A stretch of DNA of 64,000 bases from Chamaesiphon sp. (GCA_965246715.1 CBDFFH010000012.1:1-64000); one strand, 5' to 3'. Positions 31,425 to 42,763 are shown, counted from the stretch's first letter. The notes: a model not told the origin generated them from the sequence alone. Translations and numbers: made by a program.

Positions 31425-32531
31425 TTAATTCCTCTCACTGGCAATCCCATAACGCGCAAAATCGACTGAGATCGATCGCTTCCAGGCTGTATGATGCAAT
31501 CGATCGTTAATAGCACTACTTTTCATAATTAATTGAGGCTGACGATCGTTAATATTTTCTGTGAGAATCAAACAAGTCTTGTGAGTGTAACGCTGATTGG
31601 GAAATATGGCTAATTTTAGTAATGGTAGTCGTGGTTTTCGTGATTTCTTTTGACTTGCCCAAAGATTTATACGTGCAGCTTCATCAATGACTGCTTGCGG
31701 TAATTTCCAGGGAGCAGACTGACGGAGAGTATCGACTAAAAGATCCCTCCACGTTAGATCGGAATAGTAATCTTTAACAATCTCACCACCAAGTATTTGA
31801 TGCAGTACGGTAGAGAATGTTACCCCGTAAAGTCCCAAAGCTTCTTCAATCTTACCCTCATTGAGTAGCGACAAAGATCGCATGGCTCGATCGTTTTCTG
31901 GTGTCGCAACATGCTGACTCGTGCCAAAAAGTTCGGTTTGAGGAGTAGCTATATCCGTCCACAACCACGGACAATTTTCCCACCGATGGTTTCGATCGAT
32001 GGCATAGAGATCGGTCAATCCGATTTTAACGATCTGTTCGTCACTCCGGCGATCGGGGCCGATTGCCGCCAGACAGAAATCGCGTTCTTTACTATGAGGA
32101 TTTGGATCTGTAGTCTTTTCGTAAATATTTAGTACGACTGCTGTTTTGAGTTCGATTCGCCCCGTTTTATCCCACGGAAAATTTCGCACGATATGTTCCA
32201 TTCGTACCAATCTGAGATCGCGCTCGAAGTCGCTACGTCCGCGAGCTGTTAACCGACTGAGTAAAGATGGTGGAGGCTCGGTAAATTGACACTCAATTTG
32301 CCGATTTGACAATCCTTGCGCGATGCGCTGCAATCGTTCTCGCTCGCGGACTGGATCGATTGGTGCTGGTAATTTCCAGCCTTCAGTATCGATCGATTGG
32401 TGGCGCGATCTCAATTCATGGACTAATTTTTGTTCGGCACCTGCTAGTCCACCCAGGACAACAGCATCTCTGGCTGGCGAATTTTGCCCGCCAAGTACGG
32501 CATCAGATCGATCGGGTGTAGGAGAAGACAT
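31425..32531 (-). CDS. Hypothetical protein
   Basis: ORF of ~368 aa with an N-terminal DAVLGG...AVVLGGLAG motif. Confidence 0.7.
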   Translation of the reverse strand: MSSPTPDRSDAVLGGQNSPARDAVVLGGLAGAEQKLVHELRSRHQSIDTEGWKLPAPIDPVRERERLQRIAQGLSNRQIECQFTEPPPSLLSRLTARGRSDFERDLRLVRMEHIVRNFPWDKTGRIELKTAVVLNIYEKTTDPNPHSKERDFCLAAIGPDRRSDEQIVKIGLTDLYAIDRNHRWENCPWLWTDIATPQTELFGTSQHVATPENDRAMRSLSLLNEGKIEEALGLYGVTFSTVLHQILGGEIVKDYYSDLTWRDLLVDTLRQSAPWKLPQAVIDEAARINLWASQKKSRKPRLPLLKLAIFPNQRYTHKTCLILTENINDRQPQLIMKSSAINDRLHHTAWKRSISVDFARYGIASERN

Positions 32532-33499
32532 ATTAGACAATGTTTAGATCTGGGATTGTTTTATTGTTCCCAATATCTTCTCGAATTTGACTTGTCGCGC
32601 CAACAGATACATTGGCAACGTTACATAGCAACAACTTCGGCTTTGGAGACTCGATCTCAATCGGTTAGATTCAATCGTGATGTTTAGATCGCTCAGATGT
32701 TAATGATACCCGATCGGTTAAACCGCTCGTCGATTGATAATGAGGAATTTCGTAAGTAATATAAACTTTCAATACAAAATGGAATAACTATTTTGAGTAA
32801 AAGCCTTTGAGACTCGAAGCAGTATCTTCGGGTTTACCTGCGAGTGGGAAAATGAGAATACTTTTGAGCTTATTATTAGCAACTAACTCCTTCAATCGTG
32901 GTAGTTGCTTGTCGGTAATCGAGATACCTGCATATGTTGTGGCATATTCCAACTCTGTTTGAAAATTGGCATCATTATATGCCTGAATGAATACTCGATC
33001 GACCTTCCATTTTTCCCAGTCGGCGGCAAAATATTTTTTCGCCCAATAGGGATTATGATGACAGAGATCGAAGCTGACATTCGGGTTAGCTTTTTTCATG
33101 TCGGATATCGTTTGTTGGACGAACGTAGTCAGATGAGCTGTTCTGTCTACTTTGCCAGGGAGTTCGGCATTGTAGCCGAGATAGTCATCCCATTGGACAG
33201 CGTTAATTTTGGGATATTTAGTAACGAATTCAGTGACGATTTTGCGGAAGAAAGTTGCTACTTCTGGTACTTCGACATCGAGGACATAATGCTCGACTTT
33301 ATCATAAGTGCGATCGACTCCAGGTACCAACCATTTTTTGGAGATTGCCAGATCGAAGATCGGACTATTTTTATCGATTTTAATCCCTTTTTCAAAGTAG
33401 GCGTGAACCTGCATTCCCTGTTTGTGAGCTTCATCGATCGTCCAATCTAGCCATTTATCTTGGAACTGATTGGGACAACTTTTATAACCTAAAAATTGT

Positions 33500-34914
33500 G
33501 GTTCTACCGAACTTACTATGCTAAATCAAGGATTGAAATGCCATGCTAGCAAACTTCTGATCTGAAAATTCTCAAAATTTCTAAACCCATATCCCATTCT
33601 TTTTATTAGCTTGAGTTTATTGTTAATTCCTTCGACGACTCCTTGAGTTGTTCTATTATCAAAATAGGCAATTATTTCACCAATCCATCTTTTAATAGTT
33701 CCACAACTCTTGGGGAATTTCCCACAAGCATTCTTGAGCCAGTCACACAAGCTTATTAGCCCATTTCCCCAATCTGTTTTTGATTCAAATATATCTCTAA
33801 ATAACTCTTTTGTTTTGTGCATTGCTGCTAATTCTGGAAAAACGTCTCCAATCTCTTTCAACTTCTCTTTTTGCAATTCATTCAAATCCGCTTCGTTTTT
33901 GAGTATTGCATATTTACTGTGAGTTAATGCTGCTAATTTCTTGTTCTTTTCATCTTTGTTCTTCACCCTCTCAGCCTCTCTTTTGATTTTAATTCTCTCT
34001 CGATCTAACTCTTCATTTATCTGTTTCATTACATGAAATCTGTCTCCAACCACTTCAGCATTTGGTATCAATTCATTTACCAGACTTTTGTATGATGAAA
34101 ATAGATCGATACTTACTTCTGTAATTTGGTTCAAAACCTCCGAACCCCAAGACTTCAAGCACTCACCAATACATTCTTGAGTCCTTTTTGGTAAGATGGC
34201 TATTAACTCTCTTTTTTCTAGATCTACTAACACCGCACAATAGTTTTTTTGCCCTTTAACAAAGGCAATTTCATCAATTCCTAGTCTGGTTAAATTCTCT
34301 GGCTTTTTTTGCACTAGATTTACCCCAGCTTTTTTGATTATTGTCTCCACTTCTTGCTCACTTAATCCATTTCTTTTGGCAACACTTTTAATATCACTAG
34401 CTAGACTCTCTTCGACAATCTTCTGCTTCATTCGCTCGGTGAAATGACTTCTCTTTTTGATGAAATTTAATTCCTCACTGAATTTTCGACCACAACTCAT
34501 ACACTTGAATTGACGACGATTAATTTTAAGGTAAACATCATGTTCACCGAATGGTAGATCTCTCACTGTTAATTAGTGATTCTCATGAAGTTTATTACTT
34601 TCAGTTCCACAATGAGGACACACTGCTTTTAATTGCTGATTTTCTAGATAAATAAAATAACCGATTTCATCTAAGATCTTATAAGCAGTGACGGTCATTC
34701 CGTCGATATTAAGAATTTCATTAATGGTTTTTAGTTGCGATTTGGATGACATAATGCAATTCAAGCTTATTTGTTGCCAGAAATCAAGATCTTACTATTC
34801 TATAATAAAATCTGTCATTTATGCTGCACCAAGCTTCCATAACTCAAAATTATCAATTTTGTCAATTAAACTTGATTCTTATCCACTACTTAGCATAGCA
34901 AGTTCGGTAGAGCC
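33500..34914 (-). mobile_element. ISL3 family insertion sequence (1415 bp)
   Basis: TIRs GGTTCTACCGAACTTACTATGCTAA / TTAGCATAGCAAGTTCGGTAGAGCC; 8-bp duplication AAAATTGT; AT-rich. Confidence 0.95.
33526..34752 (-). pseudogene. ISL3 transposase with an internal in-frame stop
   Basis: CPHC...CMSC zinc finger, GIDE, DRFHV and EGINNKLK...GFRN motifs; TAA at 34573-34575. Confidence 0.9.
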
Positions 34915-35561
34915 AAAATTGTTGCATCACTTCGCTATTATACATCGTGCAACCGTTACCCCAAACACCGTGAATGATGGTGTTGATACCTTGGCTATGG
35001 TAATAACGTACTCGTTTACGAATCGTCTCTTCGTCGGCATTATTAGTGATTTGATAGCGACTTAAATAGATGCCCCTAATTACTTTTTTATCCCAAGGAG
35101 TTTGGGGGACGGCGGTAGTTGCGATCGGGGTAGTAGGAGTAGGGGAAATTGCGCTCGAAGGTGAGGGACTGACTGATGGTTTTAGTTTGGGGGGATTTAA
35201 TACTTTGGTATCTGAAGGTAGTGTCGCGATCGGTTCTGGTTTGATGGCAACTACTGGCGATTGAGTTGCAATTGGTTTGGGTGAGGCTAAAAAAGGGATC
35301 GGTAATTTTTGAGCGACTGCTAATAATGGCTTGATATTTCCTTGGGGAATCAACCACCAATAGCCGCCACCTAACATGAGGAGAACTACCGAGATGGGAA
35401 TGTTGGAGCAACCGCAGCCTTTGTTTTTTTTGTCTGGCATGGGGGATAGGGGGTAGTGAACAGTGAGTAGGGATTTGTAGGAGCAGGTTTAGCCAGCAAT
35501 TTTTGCAGATCGTCAATAACATCTAAACAAAACCTGCCCTCATCTGAGTATTATGGATCTT

Positions 35562-37169
35562 CTAAATATCTAAACCTCGAATATACAGATGTTCGGGGTG
35601 TTCGATCGAGAATTGATAGTAGATTTTGGTTTTGGCGTTGGCGGGGAGATCTAGTTCCCAGGTTAGTTTACCCAATTCTCCAAGTTGAATTTGGGGGGAG
35701 ATTTTGAGTACTTTGACTTTGATTTGTTCGTTGCGGCTATGGGGGAGCTGGTCTTCGATTTGGATGCGATTGGGGGTGGCAAGTAAATTAGTTATTGTCA
35801 GGCGATAGGCGAAGGTAATCCGGCGATTGCCGCCGATAAATTTTTTATCGACTTGGCGTTCGATTAATTCACGATCGATCTTGATGCCTTCATCTACACC
35901 TAAATTGAGTTTGAATTCTTGTCCAGGGGCAATATTTTCTAAATTAGTCTTACCAACAAACATATCGTCGCGGAAAATATTTGCGGCTCCTGGCAAGAGT
36001 GTCGCTCCGTCGGGGAGATTTTTGGCTCTGGCTTGGAGGTAGGCAAAACTTACCAAGCGCGGCATGGCGATATATTCTAACCTACAGGGAAATCGATCGT
36101 GTAAAATCGTGACTTTATGTGGGTTGCCGTCGCTGGGGATATTTCCACCACCTGCTAGTTGAAATGTCACCACGCTTCCCTGCTGTGAGACGTCAGCGAC
36201 AACGGTTTCGGCTGTATAGTTCAGTGTGGGGATGTCTGTGTCATCTGCTTCGCTAAATGCGCCGCCTGCGGGAGCTGCGGCGACCGCAAAATCCATGTCT
36301 GCATTTCTTCGCATCCTCATCATTGGCGCAGACGGAACGGGTGCGGGTACGTCGATGTACCAGGGGTTGAGTTTGGGTGGGAGCGTTCCTAGTCCTGGTT
36401 TGGCGGTGGAGAGGATGAGGTTGACATGCGACCAATCTTCGCCGGTGGTTTGGGTAATTTCGGCGAGGTAATTGAGTTGGATGGTATCGCTGGCACTTTG
36501 GACGCGCAGATCGTAGAGGGGTGTCCAACTGGCTCGATCGATAACGTAGACTACCTCTAATTGAAATTCGCCTGCGCCTGTGGGTTCGATGCCGACTCTG
36601 AGTTCTAGGCTTTCTTTACTATAGGGGGTTTGCACTTCCCGTAATTGCAGTTGGAGACTTTTGAGTCGCTTGTCGATTTGGCGTTGCTGGTGCTGCAAAT
36701 CTTCGGTTGCGAGGGCGTATTCGGAGTTTTTGGTGCCGATGAAGGTGAGGAGATTTTGGGTGTCTTCTAGCCCGATTTGTTGGCTGGCGAGGCTGCGGGA
36801 GAAGGTGGTTTCGGTTTTTTCGCGCAAGCCGTAGATGAAGCTCGATTGGAGGGCGAGGGTGTTAATTTGATATTGCAGATGGCGTTTTTCGGTTTCTAAG
36901 CGATCGATTTCGGCGGTGAGTTCGGCGATCCGCTCGACGACTGGCTCGATGGTGTATTGGCGATCGGTTGTGACTCCTTGCAATTTGACGGGGATTTGTC
37001 CTTTGCCGCTGATGCGGATCGATTCGGGGTCGAGGGTGGGTGGGAGGTCGAGGAGGATGAGTTGGCGTTCGGTTCCGGTGAGGTTGATGGTTCCTTGGCG
37101 GGTAATTAGGGCGCGATCGGTGTAGACTGTCACTGCGGTAATTTGAGTGGCGATCGATGGCGATGTCAT
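35562..37169 (-). CDS. DUF4140/DUF4139 (MuiA-like) protein
   Basis: ITAVTVYTDRA start, ASWTPLYDLR and QTTGEDW motifs. Confidence 0.85.
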   Translation of the reverse strand: MTSPSIATQITAVTVYTDRALITRQGTINLTGTERQLILLDLPPTLDPESIRISGKGQIPVKLQGVTTDRQYTIEPVVERIAELTAEIDRLETEKRHLQYQINTLALQSSFIYGLREKTETTFSRSLASQQIGLEDTQNLLTFIGTKNSEYALATEDLQHQQRQIDKRLKSLQLQLREVQTPYSKESLELRVGIEPTGAGEFQLEVVYVIDRASWTPLYDLRVQSASDTIQLNYLAEITQTTGEDWSHVNLILSTAKPGLGTLPPKLNPWYIDVPAPVPSAPMMRMRRNADMDFAVAAAPAGGAFSEADDTDIPTLNYTAETVVADVSQQGSVVTFQLAGGGNIPSDGNPHKVTILHDRFPCRLEYIAMPRLVSFAYLQARAKNLPDGATLLPGAANIFRDDMFVGKTNLENIAPGQEFKLNLGVDEGIKIDRELIERQVDKKFIGGNRRITFAYRLTITNLLATPNRIQIEDQLPHSRNEQIKVKVLKISPQIQLGELGKLTWELDLPANAKTKIYYQFSIEHPEHLYIRGLDI

Positions 37170-37262
37170 GGTAATTTTGGGGGGATTTTGGGGATTGATA
37201 TAGTTAAGTAGATATTAATCTAAAGTTTGGACGGGTGCTTTCCTGGGGGGTGTTAGTGGGTG

Positions 37263-37410
37263 GAACCCGGATCTGGGGGGTGGCCTCCCCCCAGACCCCC
37301 CCGTTGAAGGGCGGAGTGCCGCCCCTCAAACTCCCCTGCACAAGGGTTTGTTTGTTGGCAGCGGGGCGCGCTTCGCATTAGCTCTGCACTGTGGGTCGAT
37401 CTCTGGGTGA
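37263..37410 (+). repeat. GC-rich multi-hairpin repeat (uninterrupted copy)
   Basis: Matches 1505-1770 once two insertions are removed, and matches 19833-19903 in reverse. Confidence 0.8.
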
Positions 37411-37507
37411 GGGATGGCTTGTTGAAAAAAAAACTTATAAAAATAGACTTCCAACTTACTTCTAGCCACTATCCCCTATCCCCTAAAACACCAGTAACTT
37501 TGTTTTG

Positions 37508-39154
37508 ATGCAAGATGTGAAAGCGATGTATTCTGCCCCATTGTCAGAAATTACTACTGTCGCAGCAGAGCGCGGAACGATCGAGCAATTGCTGGCGATT
37601 GGTACTGCGCTATCTGATTGTCTGAATTTAACCGAATTGCTCGACTTGATTTTAACCAAGAGTCGAGAAATTACTTGTAGTGATGCGGGTAGTGTCTATT
37701 TGATCGATCGGAGTGGGAGCGAACCAAAATTAATCTTTAAAGCCGCTCAAACTGATTCCCTCCCGAATATTTCGTTTCAGTTGGCAAGTATTCCCCTCGA
37801 TCTCGAGAGTCTCGCTGGCTATGTAGCAACTACAGGGGAGAGTCTGAATATTCCGGATGCTTACGCGCTACCGCAGAATGTGCCGTACAAGTTCGATCGC
37901 CATTTCGATCGCGAGTTTGCTTATCGCACGGTATCGGTGTTGGTATTACCGATGCAAAATCGCGATGGTGAGACAATTGGGGTACTGCAATTGATCGATC
38001 GCAAGCTTAATGCTGCACTGAGAATTACGCCAGATAATGCGCTGTCGATTACTCAGGCTTATTCTGATTGGGAGCAACAGATCGTCCGCTCGCTGGCTTC
38101 TCAAGCGGCGATTTCGATCGAGCGCAATTATTTATTGGAAAGTATCGAGGAACTTTTTGCTGGGTTTGTGACTGCATCCGTCCAAGTCATCGAAAGTCGC
38201 GATCCCAGTACGGCGGGACATTCGGAGCGAGTTGCCCAATTGAGCGTGCGGCTGAGTCGGGAAGTCAGTGCCGTGACGATGGGGGTGTTTGAGTCAGTGC
38301 GATTTAGCGATCGCCAAATCCAAGAAATCCGCTATGCAGCGATTCTACATGATTTTGGTAAGATTAGTATCCCCGAAGCGATCGTCCAAAAAGGACAAAA
38401 ACTCTATCCGCATCAACTAGCGGAACTCAGCTACCGCTTCAATCTCGTCCGTCGCACCTGGGAACTGGAGTGTGCCGAGCGCAAGTTTACTTATTTGTTC
38501 GATTTGCAGCATCAGCACCAGTCAAAAGCAGATTGTCCACACTGTAATTATCTCAGCCAACTCGATCGCGATTTGGTTGTCAAACTCGATCGATTACAAG
38601 CCTACTGGGAGTTATTAAACAAGCTCAATCGACCTGATGTGGTGCTAGATCGAGAATTTTCCGAAACGCTGGACACGATTGCCCTCGATCTCCAACAACT
38701 CTCGGAGTATACCTATCGCGATCTTGCTGGCAATTTACAACCCCTGCTTACTACCGCTGAGATCCAGCAACTGCTGATTCCACGCGGTTCGCTCACTCCC
38801 GCCGAACGGTTGGTAGTAGAGTCACATGTTAGTCATACTTATGACTTCCTCAAAAAAATTCCCTGGACGAAACACCTCCAAAATGTCCCCAAAATTGCTG
38901 GCGCGCATCATGAAAAATTAGATGGTAGCGGTTATCCTCACGGACTAACTGCGAGCGAAATTCCGCTCCAATCACAGATTATGACGATCTCGGATATCTA
39001 CGATGCGCTCACTGCTGGAGATCGACCATACAAGCCACGGTTGTCGATCGATCGCGCATTGGCGATTTTGCATCAAGAGGTAGCCACCGGCAAAATCGAT
39101 GGCGAGCTATTAGCGCTGTTCGAGCAGCGAGAAGTGTATATACTTTCAAATTAA
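37508..39154 (+). CDS. GAF + HD-GYP phosphodiesterase
   Basis: N-terminal GAF; LHDFGK and HHEKLDGSGYP motifs; DIYDALT...RPYK. Confidence 0.9.
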   Translation: MQDVKAMYSAPLSEITTVAAERGTIEQLLAIGTALSDCLNLTELLDLILTKSREITCSDAGSVYLIDRSGSEPKLIFKAAQTDSLPNISFQLASIPLDLESLAGYVATTGESLNIPDAYALPQNVPYKFDRHFDREFAYRTVSVLVLPMQNRDGETIGVLQLIDRKLNAALRITPDNALSITQAYSDWEQQIVRSLASQAAISIERNYLLESIEELFAGFVTASVQVIESRDPSTAGHSERVAQLSVRLSREVSAVTMGVFESVRFSDRQIQEIRYAAILHDFGKISIPEAIVQKGQKLYPHQLAELSYRFNLVRRTWELECAERKFTYLFDLQHQHQSKADCPHCNYLSQLDRDLVVKLDRLQAYWELLNKLNRPDVVLDREFSETLDTIALDLQQLSEYTYRDLAGNLQPLLTTAEIQQLLIPRGSLTPAERLVVESHVSHTYDFLKKIPWTKHLQNVPKIAGAHHEKLDGSGYPHGLTASEIPLQSQIMTISDIYDALTAGDRPYKPRLSIDRALAILHQEVATGKIDGELLALFEQREVYILSN

Positions 39155-39512
39155 TATTAACTCGGTCTAGCGCAGAATCGCTGTTGCGATTTAATACCAA
39201 TTAAAAAACGATCCGGACAGATCGATCGACTCCAGAGACAGCCTGACTTCCCCAATCCAAAATCCAAACAAGTATTACATGATTTTATTGATAAATCACC
39301 TTGGTCTTGGGTAGAATATGGCTTTGTTTCTCACTGGTTTAAGCCGATCTCGTCTGGTACGGAGCATTGAAGCGATCGAATAACTCGACCGTGGTAATCC
39401 CTGTTACTTGCTGGCGTTTCTTTGGTGGATTGTCAATAAGACAAACGAAAAGAGTTCCAACAAAGCCTAAACACCTTGCCGAAACCCTTTTCTAGTGCTG
39501 TTTTTACCCTAG

Positions 39513-39586
39513 TCGGAATGAGAGGATTCGAACCTCCGACCCCTGCTTCCCGAAAGCAGTGCGCTACCAAGCTGCGCTACATTCCG
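39513..39586 (-). tRNA. tRNA-Pro (anticodon CGG)
   Basis: Cloverleaf CGGAATG...CATTCCG-A, anticodon arm CTGCT-TTCGGGA-AGCAG, T-loop GGTTCGAATCC; CCA is not encoded. Confidence 0.97.
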
Positions 39587-39778
39587 ATGTTAATGATATC
39601 AGCATAGTATTGTATCACTAAAGTTTTGGTTCTGCGTAAAAATGCTCGAAATCTTTGGCGCAGCATCGCTGCTGGCGACATGGAATGAGAATCGACTTTA
39701 AATCATTCTCGAGCTAAGTAGGCTAGAATGTTCATCTGGAAACGATCTTTACAAAAAATATCTTGAGAGGCTTGTAAG

Positions 39779-39916
39779 ATGCGAATCGATCGATTGTTGA
39801 TAGTCGGTGTTCTGACTGGATGTGTCATGACGGGCTGCAAAGGCAAAAAAGAAAACACAAAACCTGCCGCAACACAAATTAATAATGTTTCTGGTCAGAT
39901 CTACAATAAGCGCTAG
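39779..39916 (+). CDS. Putative 45-aa lipoprotein (not in the ORF track)
   Basis: MRIDRLLIVGVLTGCVMTGCKGKKEN...; lipobox-like motif; GAGAGG upstream. Confidence 0.6.
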   Translation: MRIDRLLIVGVLTGCVMTGCKGKKENTKPAATQINNVSGQIYNKR

Positions 39917-39942
39917 CTCGGCTCCGCCCATATATTAAAAGG

Positions 39943-39973
39943 AAAGCTCCCCGGATCGTCACGGGAGCTTTTT
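39943..39973. terminator. Bidirectional intrinsic terminator
   Basis: AAAGCTCCC...GGGAGCTTTTT between convergent ORFs. Confidence 0.7.
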
Positions 39974-39991
39974 AGACGAACACTTGCAGAT

Positions 39992-41572
39992 TTAATTAAC
40001 GATCTTTGGTGCTTGGTGAAACTGGCCGATTGCAGCAATCGGATCGGCCTTTTTGTGTGCGATCGTGGGAACGGAATCGCGTAGATGTGCGGTTAATGTC
40101 GTAGTTGTCGAATCATAAATCTGCGTCAGTAGCTTGGGATATAAACCCACACCGATAATCGGAATCAGCAGACAGGCAATAATAAATACCTCTCTGGGTT
40201 CCGCATCGACTAACTCTTCATGTTCGACCAATTCTTTGTTTTCCGTACCGTAGAAAATTTCCCGTAGCATCGACAGCAGATAAATCGGTGTGAGGATCAC
40301 CCCAACAGCAGCAACGAGTGTCATGATGACCTTAAATTGGAGATTGTAGGCATCGCTGGTTACAAAACCGACAAATACCATCAACTCAGCAACGAAGCCG
40401 CTCATTCCCGGCAACGCGAGGGATGCCATCGAGCACACCGTAAACATCGCGAAGATTTTCTTCATTTTTTGCCCGACACCACCCATCTCATCTAGCATCA
40501 GCGTGTGCGTGCGATCGTAAGTAGAGCCAACGAGGAAGAATAAACTCGCCCCAATCAGTCCATGCGATACCATTTGCAGCATTGCACCGCTCAAACCGAG
40601 ATCGGTGAAGGAGGCAATCCCAATCAACACGAATCCCATATGCGAAATTGAGGAATAGGCAATCTTGCGTTTGAGATTCCGCTGGGCGAATGAAGTCAAG
40701 GCTGCATAGATAATATTTACCACTCCCAAGACAATTAACACGGGTGCAAATGCGGCATGAGCGTCGGGTAACATTCCAGCATTCATCCGAATCAGGGCAT
40801 AACCGCCCATTTTCAATAGAATTCCGGCCAGCAACATGTGGACGGGTGCGGTAGCTTCACCGTGTGCATCGGGGAGCCAAGTGTGCAATGGAATAATTGG
40901 TAACTTGACTCCATAGGCAATCAATAATCCCGCATACATCCAGAGCTGGAAATTTTGGGCATAATCTTTTGCCGCCAATGTGCGCATATCGAAGCTGACG
41001 GTATCGCCATAAAATCCCATCGATAAGGCAGCGACCAGGATGAAGAGGGAGCCGCCAGCGGTATAAAGGATAAATTTGGTCGAAGCGTACAATCGCTTCT
41101 TCCCGCCCCAAATCGACAGGAACAGGTAAATCGGTAATAGTTCTAACTCCCAAACCAGGAAAAATAGCAACATATCTTGAACGGCGAAGACAGCAATCTG
41201 TCCACCGTACATGACTAACATCAAAAAGTAGAAGAGTTTGGGTTTGAACGTGACTGGCCAAGCCGCTAAAATTGCCAAGGTGGTAATGAATCCCGTCAGC
41301 AACACGAGTGGCATCGAGAGACCATCTACCCCAACCGACCATCTTAAATCTAGTTGTGGCACCCAGGTATAACTCTCTACCAATTGCAACTGGTCGCTAT
41401 GAATGTCATAACCGTTGCAGAAGGCATAAACAATCAGGGCAAAATCTAGCAATCCGACAATCAGAGCATACCAGCGAACTGTCCGCCCATTTTTGTCCGG
41501 GATGAAGGGAATTGCAAGTGAGGCTAAGACTGGAAATAAAATAATCGTCGTCAGCCAGGGAAAGTTAGTCAT
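39992..41572 (-). CDS. ndhD: NAD(P)H-quinone oxidoreductase subunit 4 (NdhD1-like)
   Basis: FPWLT start, [18 protein letters not shown] and AYSSISHMG motifs. Confidence 0.95.
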   Translation of the reverse strand: MTNFPWLTTIILFPVLASLAIPFIPDKNGRTVRWYALIVGLLDFALIVYAFCNGYDIHSDQLQLVESYTWVPQLDLRWSVGVDGLSMPLVLLTGFITTLAILAAWPVTFKPKLFYFLMLVMYGGQIAVFAVQDMLLFFLVWELELLPIYLFLSIWGGKKRLYASTKFILYTAGGSLFILVAALSMGFYGDTVSFDMRTLAAKDYAQNFQLWMYAGLLIAYGVKLPIIPLHTWLPDAHGEATAPVHMLLAGILLKMGGYALIRMNAGMLPDAHAAFAPVLIVLGVVNIIYAALTSFAQRNLKRKIAYSSISHMGFVLIGIASFTDLGLSGAMLQMVSHGLIGASLFFLVGSTYDRTHTLMLDEMGGVGQKMKKIFAMFTVCSMASLALPGMSGFVAELMVFVGFVTSDAYNLQFKVIMTLVAAVGVILTPIYLLSMLREIFYGTENKELVEHEELVDAEPREVFIIACLLIPIIGVGLYPKLLTQIYDSTTTTLTAHLRDSVPTIAHKKADPIAAIGQFHQAPKIVN

Positions 41573-41858
41573 AGGCGTAATGAATTATGAATTATGAATT
41601 ATGAATTATGAATTCATTAAATTATGTAGCCAGACATAATTAATTATAAAACTCTATTAAGGCTGGCTGCACTCAGCAGCTAGTCTCGAGTCTATTAATC
41701 TGTCAGAGAATATTTTTTTCGCGCTACTTATCTGGAATAAAGATAATTTTAGGCACTACTTTTTAGCGTTGAGCTGCAAGTACCCATACCTTTTAGCCAC
41801 TATAGGCGATCCCCAGAAAGTGAGCGGAGGATCTCACAATTCCTTAACAAACAATCAG

Positions 41859-42195
41859 CTAATATTTTGGCGGGGGTCGGTGCAGTTGGCCGATAATTCG
41901 TGGCGGTTGCTGGCTGGGTTTGTCGCTTTCCAAACTCGGTGTCTGACTTACGATCGGACTCGGTTGCGGGGGGGAGATTATCCACCGGAACTTGGCGGGG
42001 TTTTGGTTGTAAGGGTTTGAGATCGGCAAGTTCGGCCTCTGTACCCGCACGATGTTCTTTGGCCGCAATCGTGAGATTTAGCGCCGATTTGAGTCAATTT
42101 TGTCGATCGGGTATGAGATCGATTGACTCAGTAGCGTGACTGAATTGTTATACGTATTGTAGTGGCTCGATTCAGGTTTGACATTAATTAATAGT
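41859..42195 (-). pseudogene. Decayed paralog of the repeat-tail protein at 42764-43168
   Basis: Across frames: VKPES...SVTLLSQSIS / IDLIPDRQN*LKSALNLTIAAKE / IISPPQPSPIV...PPRIIGQLHRPPPKY*, aligning to VRAES...SVDNLSQTIS / IALDPAHQDLVTSALHRAIASKE / Pro-rich tail. Confidence 0.7.
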
Positions 42196-42222
42196 TGCTA
42201 GAATAGTCTCGATGCTAAGATC

Positions 42223-42675
42223 TCAGTTTTGATATCCAGAAACATCGATCGCCTGATACAACTGTTCAGACACATTGTAGTTGTCTCTTACTACCTGTAA
42301 ACAGCGTCGGCAAGCTTCCTTTCCTTCTTGATGCCACCATCGACAGTTAGCCCGAATCGGACAAGGTGGCAAGCTTTCGGTAACGGTTGGCAATCCATCG
42401 ACGATGCGCCCGATTAGGCGACACTGCTTACCATCGAAATGCTGGCAATCATGTTCGATACAGGTAGCTGCAATCCGAAAAATTTCAGTTGGTTTAACAG
42501 GTGATTCGAGCGTCAATAGTTCGGGCGGAATTTGCTTGGTTTGCGGTAGATGCACGAGTTCGGGTCGATCTGGAGTTCCCGTCACGATTCCGAAGATTAC
42601 GCTGTCATCCATCTCTGGCTCAGCACTCGGACACATCAAATATTTTGCTGGTTTTGACACTCGATCGCCTGTCAT
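42223..42675 (-). CDS. Cys-rich hypothetical protein (8 Cys; possible Fe-S or Zn binding)
   Basis: CPS...CxxxxCxHFxxxxC...CxIRxxCRWW...ACxRC; AGAGGT ribosome-binding site. Confidence 0.85.
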   Translation of the reverse strand: MTGDRVSKPAKYLMCPSAEPEMDDSVIFGIVTGTPDRPELVHLPQTKQIPPELLTLESPVKPTEIFRIAATCIEHDCQHFDGKQCRLIGRIVDGLPTVTESLPPCPIRANCRWWHQEGKEACRRCLQVVRDNYNVSEQLYQAIDVSGYQN

Positions 42676-42763
42676 TAATTTACCTCTAGGGGATATTCTT
42701 GATAATTATTTGTAAATGTCTGGAAACTCCATCGCGTTCTGAACGAACGATCGACTTTGCACC

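Larger units (their letters stand above)
32788..35440 (-). pseudogene. Glycosyl hydrolase-like 10 (DUF187-like) gene split by ISL3
   Basis: Removing the IS and one target copy gives the continuous frame ...MQQF|LGYKSCPNQFQDKWLDWTIDEAHKQGMQVHAYFE...QWDDY. Confidence 0.85.

Noticed and set aside
34564..34575. Programmed readthrough or frameshift in the ISL3 transposase
   Set aside because: Both parts are in the same frame, the stop is TAA, and there is no slippery site; a nonsense mutation is simpler.
39513..39586. tRNA-Pro as an integration site for an island
   Set aside because: No integrase nearby and no duplicated tRNA 3' end noticed in the window.
41769..42139. GC-rich stretch upstream of ndhD as a riboswitch or ncRNA
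   Set aside because: Better explained as the Pro-rich pseudogene on the minus strand; no recognisable aptamer.
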